Shown: one piece after another, positions 11,491 to 23,000 of the stretch | Layout of the letters: each line of letters opens with the position of its first letter | Numbering within the stretch: the first letter of the stretch is position 1 | From: Octopus bimaculoides | Taxonomy: Eukaryota | Reading direction: 5' to 3' | Assembly: GCF_001194135.2 (NCBI RefSeq) | Contig: NC_068994.1 | Coordinates: 2,601,143 to 2,665,142, forward strand | Length of the DNA stretch: 64,000 bases | The notes under the pieces: model-generated | Told to the model about the DNA's origin: nothing | Databases searched by the model: none | Seen by the model: only the letters and a program-made list of their open reading frames with translations | Program-made: the position numbers and the translations under genes

Positions 11491-11741
11491 GAGGGGAACA
11501 TATCAACTAGTTTATCAGATGCTGGTTTAAGCATCACCCATCTCTATCACCACACACTCACTAAACATTTCACAGAGAACACAGAGAGGAACTGCTGGCT
11601 TATACTGACTTACTCACCACATCAATCTATCAACATGAAGCCATTGTCACACCATAGCAGCAGTGACACAGACAACCATTAACAAACAGAACATTGGGAC
11701 CAAGTCACAGTTTATACAACAAAGGATTTTATGCTGTAAAA
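11470..11741 (+). other. Candidate non-coding first (5' UTR) exon of the downstream protocadherin
   Basis: Unique, A/C-rich sequence ending in aa|GTAAGT (11742), followed by a T-rich intron start. The coding exon begins at an acceptor (18445), so an upstream exon is needed. The start coordinate is approximate. Confidence 0.45.
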
Positions 11742-14040
11742 GTAAGTATATCTTTACTTTATTGTTTTCATTTACTTTATTGGATAAATATATTTAAATT
11801 GTATCAAAACAAAACAAAACAAAACAAATTTAAATACTTTTTTTCTTTAAAATATCACCAAATAGCAAAATAAATAGTTATTTATTTACCTGTTTATTTC
11901 AAGAGATGAAAACTAAATTCTCTCTAACTACCTATTTTTATTTATTTTTTAAAATATATTTTAAGCTGTGTATTTTAGCCTTATATACAATTCATAATAT
12001 AAATAAGGAGAGAAATATCTTGACTGTATAAGATGTTTGTTGTTGTTGTTGTTTTGTTTTGTTTTTCTTCAATTTCTTGCTTGGAAGGTTTATTGATCAG
12101 CTGTAATGTCTCCTTCTAATGCTTAGCCTCAGGCCTTATACAAGTGAGAAACTACACAAAACTGTTTCTCATAGTAGTTGATGATCACAACTCTGCTGGA
12201 GGTTGAAAAGCCATTAGAACCACATCAATTCTTAGAGGAAATATCTTTCATCAAAATATTCCCAGGAGAAAATTTCTTCATATACTAAATAAACATTTTG
12301 AAGACATGAAGATGTTATCCTAAAACGGCAGCATATTGACAACAAAATATAATCAATATATTGTTGAAATATATGACACTGTTTTTTCATTCTTTACTGC
12401 TATAGATATAACACTTTTTGAAATTTTCTTTTCATTTTAAATATAATACACTTCTAGACCACACATTTCAAAGTAAATCAATGCTAATATATTCCAGCAC
12501 TTGTGTTTGCATTTTATTTTACTAGTTATCAAATACAACTTATGTAATGTTTTTATATTTATCAACTGCAAATCACAAATGTATTTGGAAAGTGAAAATC
12601 AAAATGAATTTTCTAAAACTAGTTTGTTGAAAAGATATCAGTAAATGAAAGAGTTATCGCTAACAACCAATTGATCTATTACTTACAAATTAACAATATA
12701 GTCTAATTAAAGAAGTTGTTATTGGGTATTGAAAGTTTGAGAGCTGCATGCTAAGTAGTTTCATCATTTGGATCACTTTTCATAATGAGAATGTTTTACT
12801 TTTTTTTGTTAAAATGCAACTGGAGTAAGTTGATATCTCACTATTTCACAAAGTTATTTAAATTCAAGAGTTATAAAACTATACAGTTTAGTCATTATTT
12901 AGATATAATAAGCTATTTTAAGTGGCAATTTTAATTGTGTTTGCTTGAAATGAAGTATTTTGATTGGCTGTGCCAATATCTTGCTGAGTTTTACTTTGTA
13001 ATATTGAGGTTATTTGCTGACCTAAGATGACTTAAAGAATTGTTTATGTAGTGAAATAGTTGCAAATGACTTTTTGGTTAACAGTCTCTTTCTCCAGATT
13101 ATACCATTTATAGTGGTAAATATGAGAATCTATTTAAGTTAGTGTTAAGGAGAATGTACATAGCAGATAATAAGCAAAAACTAGGAAGTGGATGAAGTAG
13201 GGGTTCTAAAGCTCTTTAACTCTAATACCACAGTAAAAGTTGAGCTAAGCTCACAGTTATTGATTTGAAAGCCTGGCAAGCTCCTTATATTGCCTCATCT
13301 TGTTGTTTATAGCAATGATGATGATGATGATGATGTTTTTATGTAATTCCCATGGTGCAACGTGATATTATCAGTAGAGTTAGTGATATATCAGACCAAC
13401 AAGTAGCAATTTAATACCTGTAACTTCATGCTGAGAAGACATGCATAGATTTATACAGAACTCTTCTCCTCTCTCTTTTTAGATATTGCAATTGTGCTGT
13501 AATTTACATATCAGTGAAATAAGTGAGATATCAGATATATTCTATGGGATGTTACTATTCCTTATACAGTATGATTTTTATTGTGAGATGTGAGAAATAT
13601 TTCATAGCTGGACTTGTCACATTTTATTTGTTAGTCTTAATTCTATTCTATAATTCTATGAGTAGATATAATCTCAGGAGTGAAGAGCATCAAGTTAATG
13701 GTCAGTTTTGTGTCCAATCATTGTATTATCCTCTGTCCACTGTGAAGCCAGGTCATCACCACCAATAAAATCCAAACTTTACAAAATGGTGAAGTGCCAA
13801 ACTTGTTGCAAAGTAATGAATCTTTCCAAATTACAGTCATAATTATCATTTCCATTGGCAATATATTTTATAGTTTGTAAATGCTTCCTCGTCACCGATG
13901 GCCTTTTTGAAGGATACTTTTTACTTCCAGTTTACATGCATTAAATAGATGAAGTATAACTGTTCCCTAGATAAGACATTATTTTGTCACTGGTAACATT
14001 CCGGGAAGCTTTGTTAACTTTTAGTAACACCAAGAATGAT

Positions 14041-14430
14041 TGTGTGGTTAAGAAGTTTACCTGGCAACCATGTAGCTTAAGGTTTGGTTCTACTATTTGG
14101 ACCTTGGACAAATGTTGTTTTTTACATTAACCTCAGGTTGATCAATGCCTGGTCAATAAAATTAGTATATGAAACTGTGTGGAGATCCATTGCATGTATG
14201 TGTGTGTGAGTATGTTTGTACATGTGTCTGCATGCATTTGTCTGCACAAATGCATGAATACATACATGTAATGCATGTGGAGTATGACTAAATGATTAAG
14301 GAATTCACTTTGTAACCATGGGATCCTTGGTTCAATCCTACTGTGTGACATCTTGGGCAAGTGCCATTTTCTATAGCTTCAAATTGTAATGGAAGTGGTG
14401 GGTAGAGAGAGAAAGTGTGTAGAAGCTCCT
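14041..14430 (+). mobile_element. Two degenerate tRNA-head SINEs, family A (CORE-like block)
   Basis: 14041-14190 and 14280-14430 each have a tRNA-like head ('ggttcaatcc' B-box-like) then 'gtgacatcttgggcaagtg' or similar, resembling the CORE-SINE 'tgtgaccttgggcaagt' block. Confidence 0.7.
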
Positions 14431-14688
14431 TTGATGGCTTTGTAGCTGTAAATGAAAAATTTCAATTTTGTCACACACATTGTGTTATGCTGATTCTGCC
14501 TGAGAATTACATTAACGGTACATGTGTCTGATTTGTGAAATGCTCCACCAGTTAGACATTAATTCAATGAGCTACTGATGCAATGGATTAAACATTTGAA
14601 TCTTCATCACTGAAACTAATAGAAAACCATCCATGCATGTAAGTATGTATGCAGTGTGTATGAATGTATGTATTCAGGTAGGTATGCA

Positions 14689-14746
<58 letters not shown>

Positions 14747-14994
14747 TGAAGGATGAAATATCTATGGAAAATCAAATGGCCAGTGCTCATTGAATCCTAT
14801 CCCTTGTGACATTTGTTTTGCATTGAGTTACAAGCACTCACTCACTACTCTTGCAATCAGAAATGCAGTAAACCAATGATGAGCTCTTTGGAAAGTAGTG
14901 ATGAATAACATTATTGTTCACCAGTGTGCTATAAAATAATTTAAAAAAAAAATAAAGAGTGATCTTATATGTTAAGGAGTTTAAGTTAATAGTG

Positions 14995-15197
14995 ATTTCA
15001 AACGTTGGCAAAAGGCCAGCCGTTTTTGGAGAGAGGGTACTTGATTACATTGACCCCCGTGATTAACTGGTACTTGATTTATCAACCCTGAAAGGATGAA
15101 GGGCAAAGTCGACTTCAGAAGAATTTGAAGATGGATGAAAAGTTGCTAAGCATTTTCACTGGTGTGCTAATGATTCTGCCAGCTCATCACCTTTGAA
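14995..15197 (-). mobile_element. tRNA-derived SINE, family B
   Basis: Reverse complement reads 'aaggtgatgagctggcagaatcattagcac...gtcgactttgcccttcatcctttcagggttgataaatcaagtaccag', homologous to 51133-51360. Confidence 0.85.
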
Positions 15198-15244
15198 TTA
15201 ATGTTAATACTAAGAATTATTGCGTTGAGTCAAAAGTTTTGTAA

Positions 15245-15900
15245 TATTTTGGTAACATATTTGCTTTATCAGTCAAATTGCAGCAAAAGCAGCTTAGCAT
15301 TCAAAGTAGAGGACATCGAGTTTTATTGTCTGAAGCCACTTTTTTGCCAGCACTTTGATACCACACTGAAACCAGTTCTTGTTGTTCAAGGCAAAAAACT
15401 TGTTCACTAAAGCTTCAGCTTCCTCTTGGTCGGTGAAGCATTGCCATGGATCTGAACAAGTGATAATCTGAGTGACTATATGCTGGATTTTGCATCAGTT
15501 CAATTCCCTCCAGCGACTGGAGTTCATTCTGGATCATCCAAGCAGCATGAGGTCTTGCTGCAGAAGAACTCACTCTCTGTTAATCAATGCTAAGTATTTG
15601 TGCTGCTCAATGGCATACATCCACTCCAGCTGTTTGGAGTATAAATTGTCATTGAATGATTCAACCATGCAGAAAAAAGACTCATAATGAATCATTCTGT
15701 CATAATTCTGCCAGAGACAGAGCATCATCTTGTGTTTGAAATACCCATGTTTGGTGACAGATTCCGGAAGCTGGTCCTTGCTTAACCACTGTCTATGCAT
15801 GTTAGCATTGCAGAAAAATACTTCCCTCAGATTATTACTTCTTCAAATCCACGGCTCACTTTCTCTGCTCATCATGTTTCACCAACCAAGAGATGTAACC
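15245..15900 (-). mobile_element. Mariner transposase catalytic-domain pseudogene
   Basis: Reads, with stops and frameshifts, HRQWLSKDQLPESVTKHG...KMMLCLWQNYDRMIHYE...DNLYSKQLE...ALINRE*VLLQQD...EEAEALVNKFFALNNKNWFQCGIKVLAKKWLQTIKLDVLYFE, typical of the mariner C-terminal half. Confidence 0.88.
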
Positions 15901-17124
15901 AAGAAGTTACCAAAATATTGCAAAACTTTAGACTAAACACAATAATGTTATCTCATGATCTATAACAACCTCATTTACTTTTCCCATCATTAATATAAAT
16001 AAAATTATTGCTGTAAGTAATTGTCCCCTTCATCTATACCTACCCAAAGCAATTGTCTAAGTGCTGTAGCATTATTTCAAACTAAAGCCTCCACTTAGCT
16101 TTAAGTGCCAAGTACTACATTATTTACCTTAAGAGGATCTCTCATATGGATGCATGGAGCATAAACCACACATATATCACTACCAGATGAGAATTGTCTG
16201 CTATAGGTGCCAGAACTGCCAGATCACGTGATTTTGACATGCTCCATCTCTTCAGTAGCAGACATCCAGTAGCTGCATACCAGTCAAACCTTGCTACCAG
16301 CAATATGTTGAATTTCAATGACTGTTCAAACACTGATGTCACAAATATCCAATAGGCTTATTAAAAAATGGTTATTAGCAACAGAGGCAGTATTAATACC
16401 AAAAGATTTTATGTACCATGTATCCTTGTGAGAGGTCCATATGAAATGTCCTCTCAAGGTAAGTAACACAGTACTTGGCATTCTAACAATGCATCCACAT
16501 TAAGTTGGATACAAAGAGTACATTTTGGTTTTAATACTGTCTCTGTCACTAATAATTGTAATTAAGCTCAATGTTATACAAGAAGCCATGGAACGTGTAT
16601 CAGTGGGATGGTTTTTAATAATCTCACAGAATCTACACCCATTCAGTTTAGATTAATTTAAAGCATAAATTAACTACTATTTTATATTCACTTGCTAACT
16701 TCTCAAGAAATACATCATTTGCTTATCATACTTGCTATTTCCCCCCCCCCCCACCTTCTAGCATATTCTTGTTAGTGTTTATCTACTATAAAACCAATTT
16801 GCTGTGAGCAGTTACCATGGCACCATACTTGCTGAACTTTAGGCAAGGATTGAGATGCAGTTATTTATTAAAAGTAGTGAAAACGGTTTTGTTGGGGGTG
16901 TTTTTGTTGTTGCCATTAACATATATTCTTAAGATGACAAATCGACTGAAATGTTTTGCCTGTAATTTTCCATTTTTATAGCTTTATCTGAGAAAATGTA
17001 AGATATGGGTCTGACTTCAAAGATAAATACATCATGGAATGAATACATGCTCTCTCTCCCTCCCTCCCTCCCTCACCCTCTCTTTCTCTCTCTCTCCCTC
17101 ACACACACATAGACACATGCATGT

Positions 17125-17158
<34 letters not shown>

Positions 17159-18445
17159 TAATAAATTAATGTTATTATGTTTCAAGATATAGTTTCAGGT
17201 TTCTTACCTGGTTTCATTAAATAATTCCCCCCAGATTAGTGTACAAAAAGTTTAGTCAATCTATTCAAGGCCTGGTACTTCACCAGTACTTATTATTTTA
17301 TTGACCCCCAAAAGGATGAAATTTGAAGTTAATCTTAGCAGATTAATTACTGACTCTGTCATTCATCATTCTTCTACAACTAACTCGTTATTTTATTGCA
17401 AACAGGCTTTCTTTTTAAATTCCTACATATTTTTTCTAACATATTTTTAAACTAAATCATTCATTAATATTTCTCTATGCAGAAAGTAAGGTAGACAAAT
17501 GGAGAAACCAATTATATTGTTAATGTTTATTCTAATTAATGCAGAAAGAATGAAAGCCTGGTTCACTTCAGTAGGATTTGATTAGTCCAACATACAACTG
17601 CTTCAGCTATTTCCAATGTCCTAATTGTGGCTCTATTTAACAGTATCACCTGGCCCTTTGTCCCTTTAGAGGAGCCCATTTTGTTGCAAACCTTATATTA
17701 TGTCAGATGTCTTGCCTGAAGTCCATTCCTCCCACAAGTCACTGAGGTTAAGCAAAAAGATCATTGGCATTGTCCTTCCTTCTGATTAAGTTTTTTTTAT
17801 TTTTAATAAGCATAATAATAATAATAATAATAATAATGAAATATCTAAATATCTTATAATAATTTAGTTTATTGTAAAATGTCAATAGAATTAATTTCCA
17901 CTAATGTAAATTCAACTGAGGGAGTAAAATTTTACTTCAGGTTTATTATAAACATAAACTATTATAATTTAGTATAAAGAAATGGTTACCGATTGATATA
18001 ATGAAGTAACTTTTTTAATGAAATAATATTTCATTGAATAAATAAGATTTGAAAATCTTTACTGACTGGAGTACAGGGGAGCTAACTTTACTTCTGATCA
18101 TGATGTCAAGTTGAGCATATTGAAGTAATTATACCATAGCAATCATGAACATGACACAGAATGCACCATAGCCAATTATTTCCAGTGAAACAACATTTTT
18201 TCAGCTAAAAGTCAAGTTTTATGAGTTTAAAATATCAATATGCTGGAGGGAAATCTCACAAATAAGCAAAAAAGTCTGTTTTCCAAAAATCAATAGCAGA
18301 TGAAAGGAAATGGAAACATATTTAGACTTATTTTCAGTAGCTTTCTTCCTTTTCCTTTGCATTTTCTTTTTTATAGAAATGAAGTCAAGAATTTATTTTA
18401 GAATGTAATTAAATTTATTTTCTTATTCACTTACATGTTTTTCAG

Positions 18446-18499
18446 AATGATCTGACAGTTTTAACAGCTCTCTCATATGAAGCAACTGTACATGGAAAT
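18446..18499 (+). other. Splice acceptor and 5' UTR part of the large protocadherin exon
   Basis: 'tcttattcacttacatgtttttcag|' ends at 18445, 54 nt before the ATG; the segment contains upstream ATGs. Confidence 0.7.
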
Positions 18500-20881
18500 A
18501 TGTTTGTAGAATACTTATCTATATTATTGCTTCAATTCTGCTTATGCATGGACATCACCTACCACGTCAACGAAGAAGACAGTCCTCACACCTATATAGG
18601 AGACATTGCTGTTGACTCTAACTTATCACACCCTCTCACACATCAACAACACACTCTCATTACATTTACACAACTACAAAGGACAGTCGAGAGTGGTTCT
18701 CACTTATTTAATGTCACCAACTCAGGAAAACTATACACTACTCAAACACTGGATGCTGAGTCTCTGTGTACGTACAACAAGGAATGTTCCAGAATAGTTA
18801 AAGTAGCAGTGAGGAAAGGAAAGACATTTATGAAGATATTAAAAGTGAAAGTAATAATAGAAGACATTAATGATAATCAACCAGCATTTCCCACCAAAGA
18901 GATTTCATTACAATTTGATGAAGGTGATGGGAAGGGAATGAAAAAGTCCATTCCTAATGCAATTGACAAAGATGTTGGATTTCATAATCACATGATAAAA
19001 TACTTTTTAGCAAAATCTGAAAGTGAACCATTTTCATTATTAGTAACTAGAAGAGCTGATGGAATCTCAATGTTAGAAATTGTTTTAGAAGAGAGGCTAG
19101 ATAGAGAAATGAAGGAAATCTATAACATAAATGTTGTGGCTAAAGATGAGGGATCTCCACCTAAAGAGAGTGTTTTAAAAGTTAGAGTAATAATTAGAGA
19201 TGAGAATGACAATCGACCTGTATTTTCTAGAAATATTTATAATGTATCCATCAAAAACACACATAATAAGAATATTCCAATCCTCACACTTTCATCGACA
19301 GATTCTGATACAGGAGACAATAAGAAAGTTTCTTACTACTTTAGCCCGATGACTTCAGACATTGTTAAAAGACAGTTTCAAGTAGATCACTCTACTGGCA
19401 AAATTTTTTCAACAGAGAGTTCTAGTCTAGATACTAAATTGACATACCAACTCTACATAGAAGCTAGGGATGGAGGCAGCCCTCCTCTCAGTTCTATAGC
19501 AACAGTTCTGGTGAATGTTATCAACCAACACAACAATCCTCCATCTATTGATATTGATTATGTTTCTGCCCTCAATCACAACACAGCTACCATTTCGGAA
19601 GATACCAAAGTTGGTAGTTTCATTGCTTATGTGATGGTCACTGATAATGATGTTGGGTATAATGGACAAGTCAGCTGTAGCCTCCATCATGATATATTAC
19701 AGCTGGTGTCCATGGGGTCAAAAGAATTCAAAATAGTTATGAAAAGTTCTGTTGACAGAGAGACACAAGATTATTATAATGTTTTGATTACTTGTCAAGA
19801 TGAAGGTTTCCCATCTCTTAAAACAGAAGAAATGTTTTCACTCCAGGTCACTGATGCCAATGATGTACAACCACAATTTAACAAAGACATGTTTAAATTT
19901 TTAACTTATGAAAATGAAAAACCACATTTTCCTATTGGCTTTATCAATGCCACTGATCCTGACCTGGGACTGGCTGGTAAGCTAACATATTCCCTATTGC
20001 ACAAGAAAAGGAATCCAATTCCCTTTCAAATTTCTAACTATGGCTTTATTTCAACAAACCAGTCTTTAGACAGAGAACACAGAGATTTCTATGAGTTTGA
20101 GGTTTTTGTGAAAGACAATGGAACACCATCTCTGAATAACACAGTGAATGTTGAAGTGGAAGTATTGGATAGAAATGATAATGCTCCATATTTTACATTT
20201 CCTAGTGTTGACCCTTTTACACTTGATGTCCACTATCACCCGCAAAGTAAGAACGACATCACAGTTTTGAGAGCTTCAGACAGAGACAATGGAAATAATG
20301 CTTTTCTCAGGTATGAAATCATTTCAGGTAATGAGAGACAGCTGTTTAAACTAGATTCGTTCACTGGTGTGTTATCCTACTCTCGCACAGTTTACCAAAA
20401 TGATGCCGGATCCTATGAGCTTGAGTTTGTTGTGAAAGACAGTGGTACTCCAATTCTATCAGCAACAACAACTGTCTCTTTGACACTGACTGTTAGTAAT
20501 AAGACGTCACCAATGTTCACAGCTGTCCACTTACAGTCTGGTAACAATCTCAATTTAACTTGGGTAATTATCATAGTAGTAGCAGCTGTAATAATATCTG
20601 TGGCTATTGTGGTTTCTGTGACACTGTGCTTTATTAGAGGCACCAATACTCGAAATAATTCTGCAAGGGTTCGTGAAAATTCTCAATACCATTCAAGAGC
20701 AGAAATGAAACAGTTAATATATCAAACAAACAATCCTATAGTTGTGACAAAAAACCCAGAAGAGATGCTCAGCAATAATAGTCCATCAATTATATCTTCA
20801 AGCCAGTTTTACCCTGAGGAAAACTCGAGCAAAGACTGGAAAACAGCTACTCTAGTCCGGACGCTTCCAAAATCTATAACG
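18500..20881 (+). CDS. Protocadherin large exon: signal peptide, 6 cadherin repeats, TM helix, proximal cytoplasmic tail (cephalopod expanded type)
   Basis: 794 codons. Hydrophobic N-terminus; repeated xE, LDRE/DAE, DxNDNxPxF, DxDxG and AxDxGxP motifs; EC1 C-X5-C (C90, C96) typical of protocadherins; TM at aa ~686-712. ACG|GTAAGT phase 0 donor at 20881/20882; the unspliced ORF runs on to a stop at 20968. Confidence 0.97.
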
Positions 20882-21091
20882 GTAAGTTTATTTTCTTTCT
20901 ACTACATAATATTTGGTTTGTATTTCATAGATTTCTCTTTTGACAAATTACTAATTTATATTTATTAATTCTATATTACTATTGGTGAACAGGATTTTCC
21001 AGAGTTACAAAATAATAGAAGTTTTCAATAAACCTCGATGACATGTATTCATTGCTAGAAACATTGCAATTTCAACAATTATAAGGAAGAA

Positions 21092-21129
<38 letters not shown>

Positions 21130-21133
<4 letters not shown>

Positions 21134-21348
21134 TCATCATGTTGAACCATTAATCCCTACACATATTTTTTCTCTTTCCATTCTTTTCTTTTTTTTCATT
21201 CTCTCTCCCTTTTTTTTCTCTCAATCCTTTTTGTTGAAGAGTGTAGGCTTGAAACCTCAATGATTTTTCCATTCTTCTTGAGTGTTAAACTAATACACCT
21301 GCTTGTTGTTCCTTCACCTGTCTTAGTGTTTTATTTTCTGTAAATCTG

Positions 21349-21355
<7 letters not shown>
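21130..21355 (+). mobile_element. Short element embedded in (TA)n, possibly a Penelope-type terminal repeat remnant
   Basis: Flanked on both sides by (TA)n. Contains 'ttgttgaa gagt gtag gctt gaaac', resembling a decayed hammerhead stem II plus GAAAC. Confidence 0.35.
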
Positions 21356-21389
<34 letters not shown>

Positions 21390-21554
21390 AAAGAAAAGGA
21401 TAAAGAGACCAATGGCAAAGTTAGAATTATATTTTATGGATAAAGTCCTACAGCTGTTTCAGGGAAAATCCAATGTATCCCTTCATCGGAGACGGTAATA
21501 GCAGAAGAATGGATTATTACATCTGTAAGAGGAGATTTGTAGTAAGAAGTGAGA

Positions 21555-21900
21555 GGGATGACAATGATGCCACCATTGTTTACCATATTCCCATCCACAC
21601 TGGCAGAGATAAAGGCTAAAAAGACTGACATCATTATCAAGAAAAATATTGACATGAGGTGTAAAGAGGTGTATATCTATGAACATTGCAATACCTTCCA
21701 AAAAGAACACCTCCATGATAGTCACAAAGAAGCTGACCAAGTACAAAGGCATGAAGATCCAGCTCTGAAACAACTCACATGTTATTGTGGGTGTTGTCAA
21801 TGAGGTGACATCTTTCCCACAACACCTCAGGTACACAGTTGGGACCCAGCCATACATCATACAAAACAGGAAGTACAAAAAGAGCAGTAACAAGTAATAA
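21555..21900 (+). mobile_element. Old R4/Dong-type non-LTR retrotransposon 3' fragment (restriction-like endonuclease region)
   Basis: DNDATIVYHIPIHTGR / IKAKKTDIIIK / KKLTKYKGMKIQL*...VIVGV across frameshifts, matching the RLE pattern ILWDxPIxTDRxIxANRPDI...EKxxKYxxL; ends in a TAA-rich tail. Confidence 0.65.
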
Positions 21901-21914
21901 CAATAATCATGATG

Positions 21915-22127
21915 ATGGTTTCAAATTTTAGCACAAGGCCTGCAATTTTAGAAGAGGGTGACAAGTTGATTACATCAATCACAGTACTTGACAGGTACTT
22001 ATTTGATTGACCTCAAAAGGATGAAAGGTAAAGTCTACCTTAATGGTAATTGAACTCAGAATGTAAAGAGCTAGAAGAAATGCTGTCATGCATTTTGTAT
22101 AACATGCTAACAATTCTGCCAGCTCAC

Positions 22128-22130
<3 letters not shown>
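21915..22130 (-). mobile_element. tRNA-derived SINE, family B
   Basis: Reverse complement has 'gtgagctggcagaattgttagcatg...ttctgagttcaatt...ctttacctttcatcc...aagtacc'. Confidence 0.85.
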
Positions 22131-22177
<47 letters not shown>

Positions 22178-22182
<5 letters not shown>

Positions 22183-22490
22183 ATACAAAGACCTGGAAAT
22201 AGGGATAACTCGAATGTGGAATCTAAAAACAGAAACAATTCCTATCATAGTAGGTGCCTTAGGTATAATAAAAAAATATTCAGACAAATACATAACAAAA
22301 ATACCAGGACTTACAAATATATATAACATACAGAAAATTGCACTACTGGGTACTGCACACATTCTACGCAAAACACTTTCAATACAGTAACCATAAGAGC
22401 ACCACAGCAAACCACAGCACATACCCAAGGCGCACAGAGCTGCGCTCGGTAGTGAAGTGAAAGCACGTTATAAAAATAAAACTACTGAAC
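22178..22490 (+). mobile_element. Young R4/Dong-type non-LTR retrotransposon 3' end inserted in a (TAA)n tract
   Basis: Uninterrupted frame 22178-22390: KYKDLEIGITRMWNLKTETIPIIVGALGIIKKYSDKYITKIPGLTNIYNIQKIALLGTAHILRKTLSIQ*, the C-terminus of an RLE-type ORF. ~100-nt 3' UTR, (TAA)n on both flanks, CpGs retained. Confidence 0.85.
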
Positions 22491-22799
22491 AATAATAATA
22501 ATAATCTAATAAAGTGAATATTTCAATTTTATAACTTAATCCATTTAGAGTTTGTAAGCTCATTTTAACTGAAAGAATAACTTTGTAAAGAAGACGTAGA
22601 GTTACTATATACTGTAGTGTATCATTTTATGGATCCAGGGACAATTAAAAGATAAAGACCTTTAAGAGATGGTAGTGAGTTCTGAAATAGTCTGTTCATT
22701 AATGTCTCAACTTAAAATAATGACTCCTAACTCTTGGATATCTGGTAATGTCTTCTAAGATGTAAGAATCAAATCCAGTACTTGTGATGAAGAGCAAAG

Positions 22800-23000
22800 C
22801 TGATATGGTTATATGAATGATATAGAATCTTTCTTAACCATTGTGCCAGTGGTTGTAGTCTAGTCCCTGGGATTAAAAGCATTTCAGCAGGTTATGCAGA
22901 ACTACACTGTGTAAGATATCCTTTCCTTACTTAATAAGAGGAAGTGATGAGAGATTTGACTGCTATTTCTAGTAGGTTGAGCAAACCACATAGAGGCTCC
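22800..23000 (-). mobile_element. Family D dispersed repeat copy
   Basis: Reverse complement 'ggagcctctatgtggtttgctcaacctactagaaatagcagtcaaatctc' matches the starts of 62440 and 6785. Confidence 0.6.

Noticed and set aside
16140-16500. Possible Tc1-like transposase remnant on the - strand
   Set aside because: Only a vague resemblance over a few residues; no diagnostic motif.
19427-19438. LDTK read as LDRE with a Lys editable to Glu
   Set aside because: Ungapped alignment from both the GxI and downstream Tyr anchors places LDRE on SSLD, so K313 is not the ligand position.
19427-20646. ORFs antisense or out of frame to the protocadherin exon (19427-19690, 20413-20646, also 18606-18797)
   Set aside because: Shadow frames of the real CDS with no domain content.
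20882-20968. Treating the 822-aa ORF as the complete single-exon protein
   Set aside because: A consensus GTAAGT donor at codon 794 and a phase-matched paralogous exon downstream favour splicing; kept only as a possible minor isoform.
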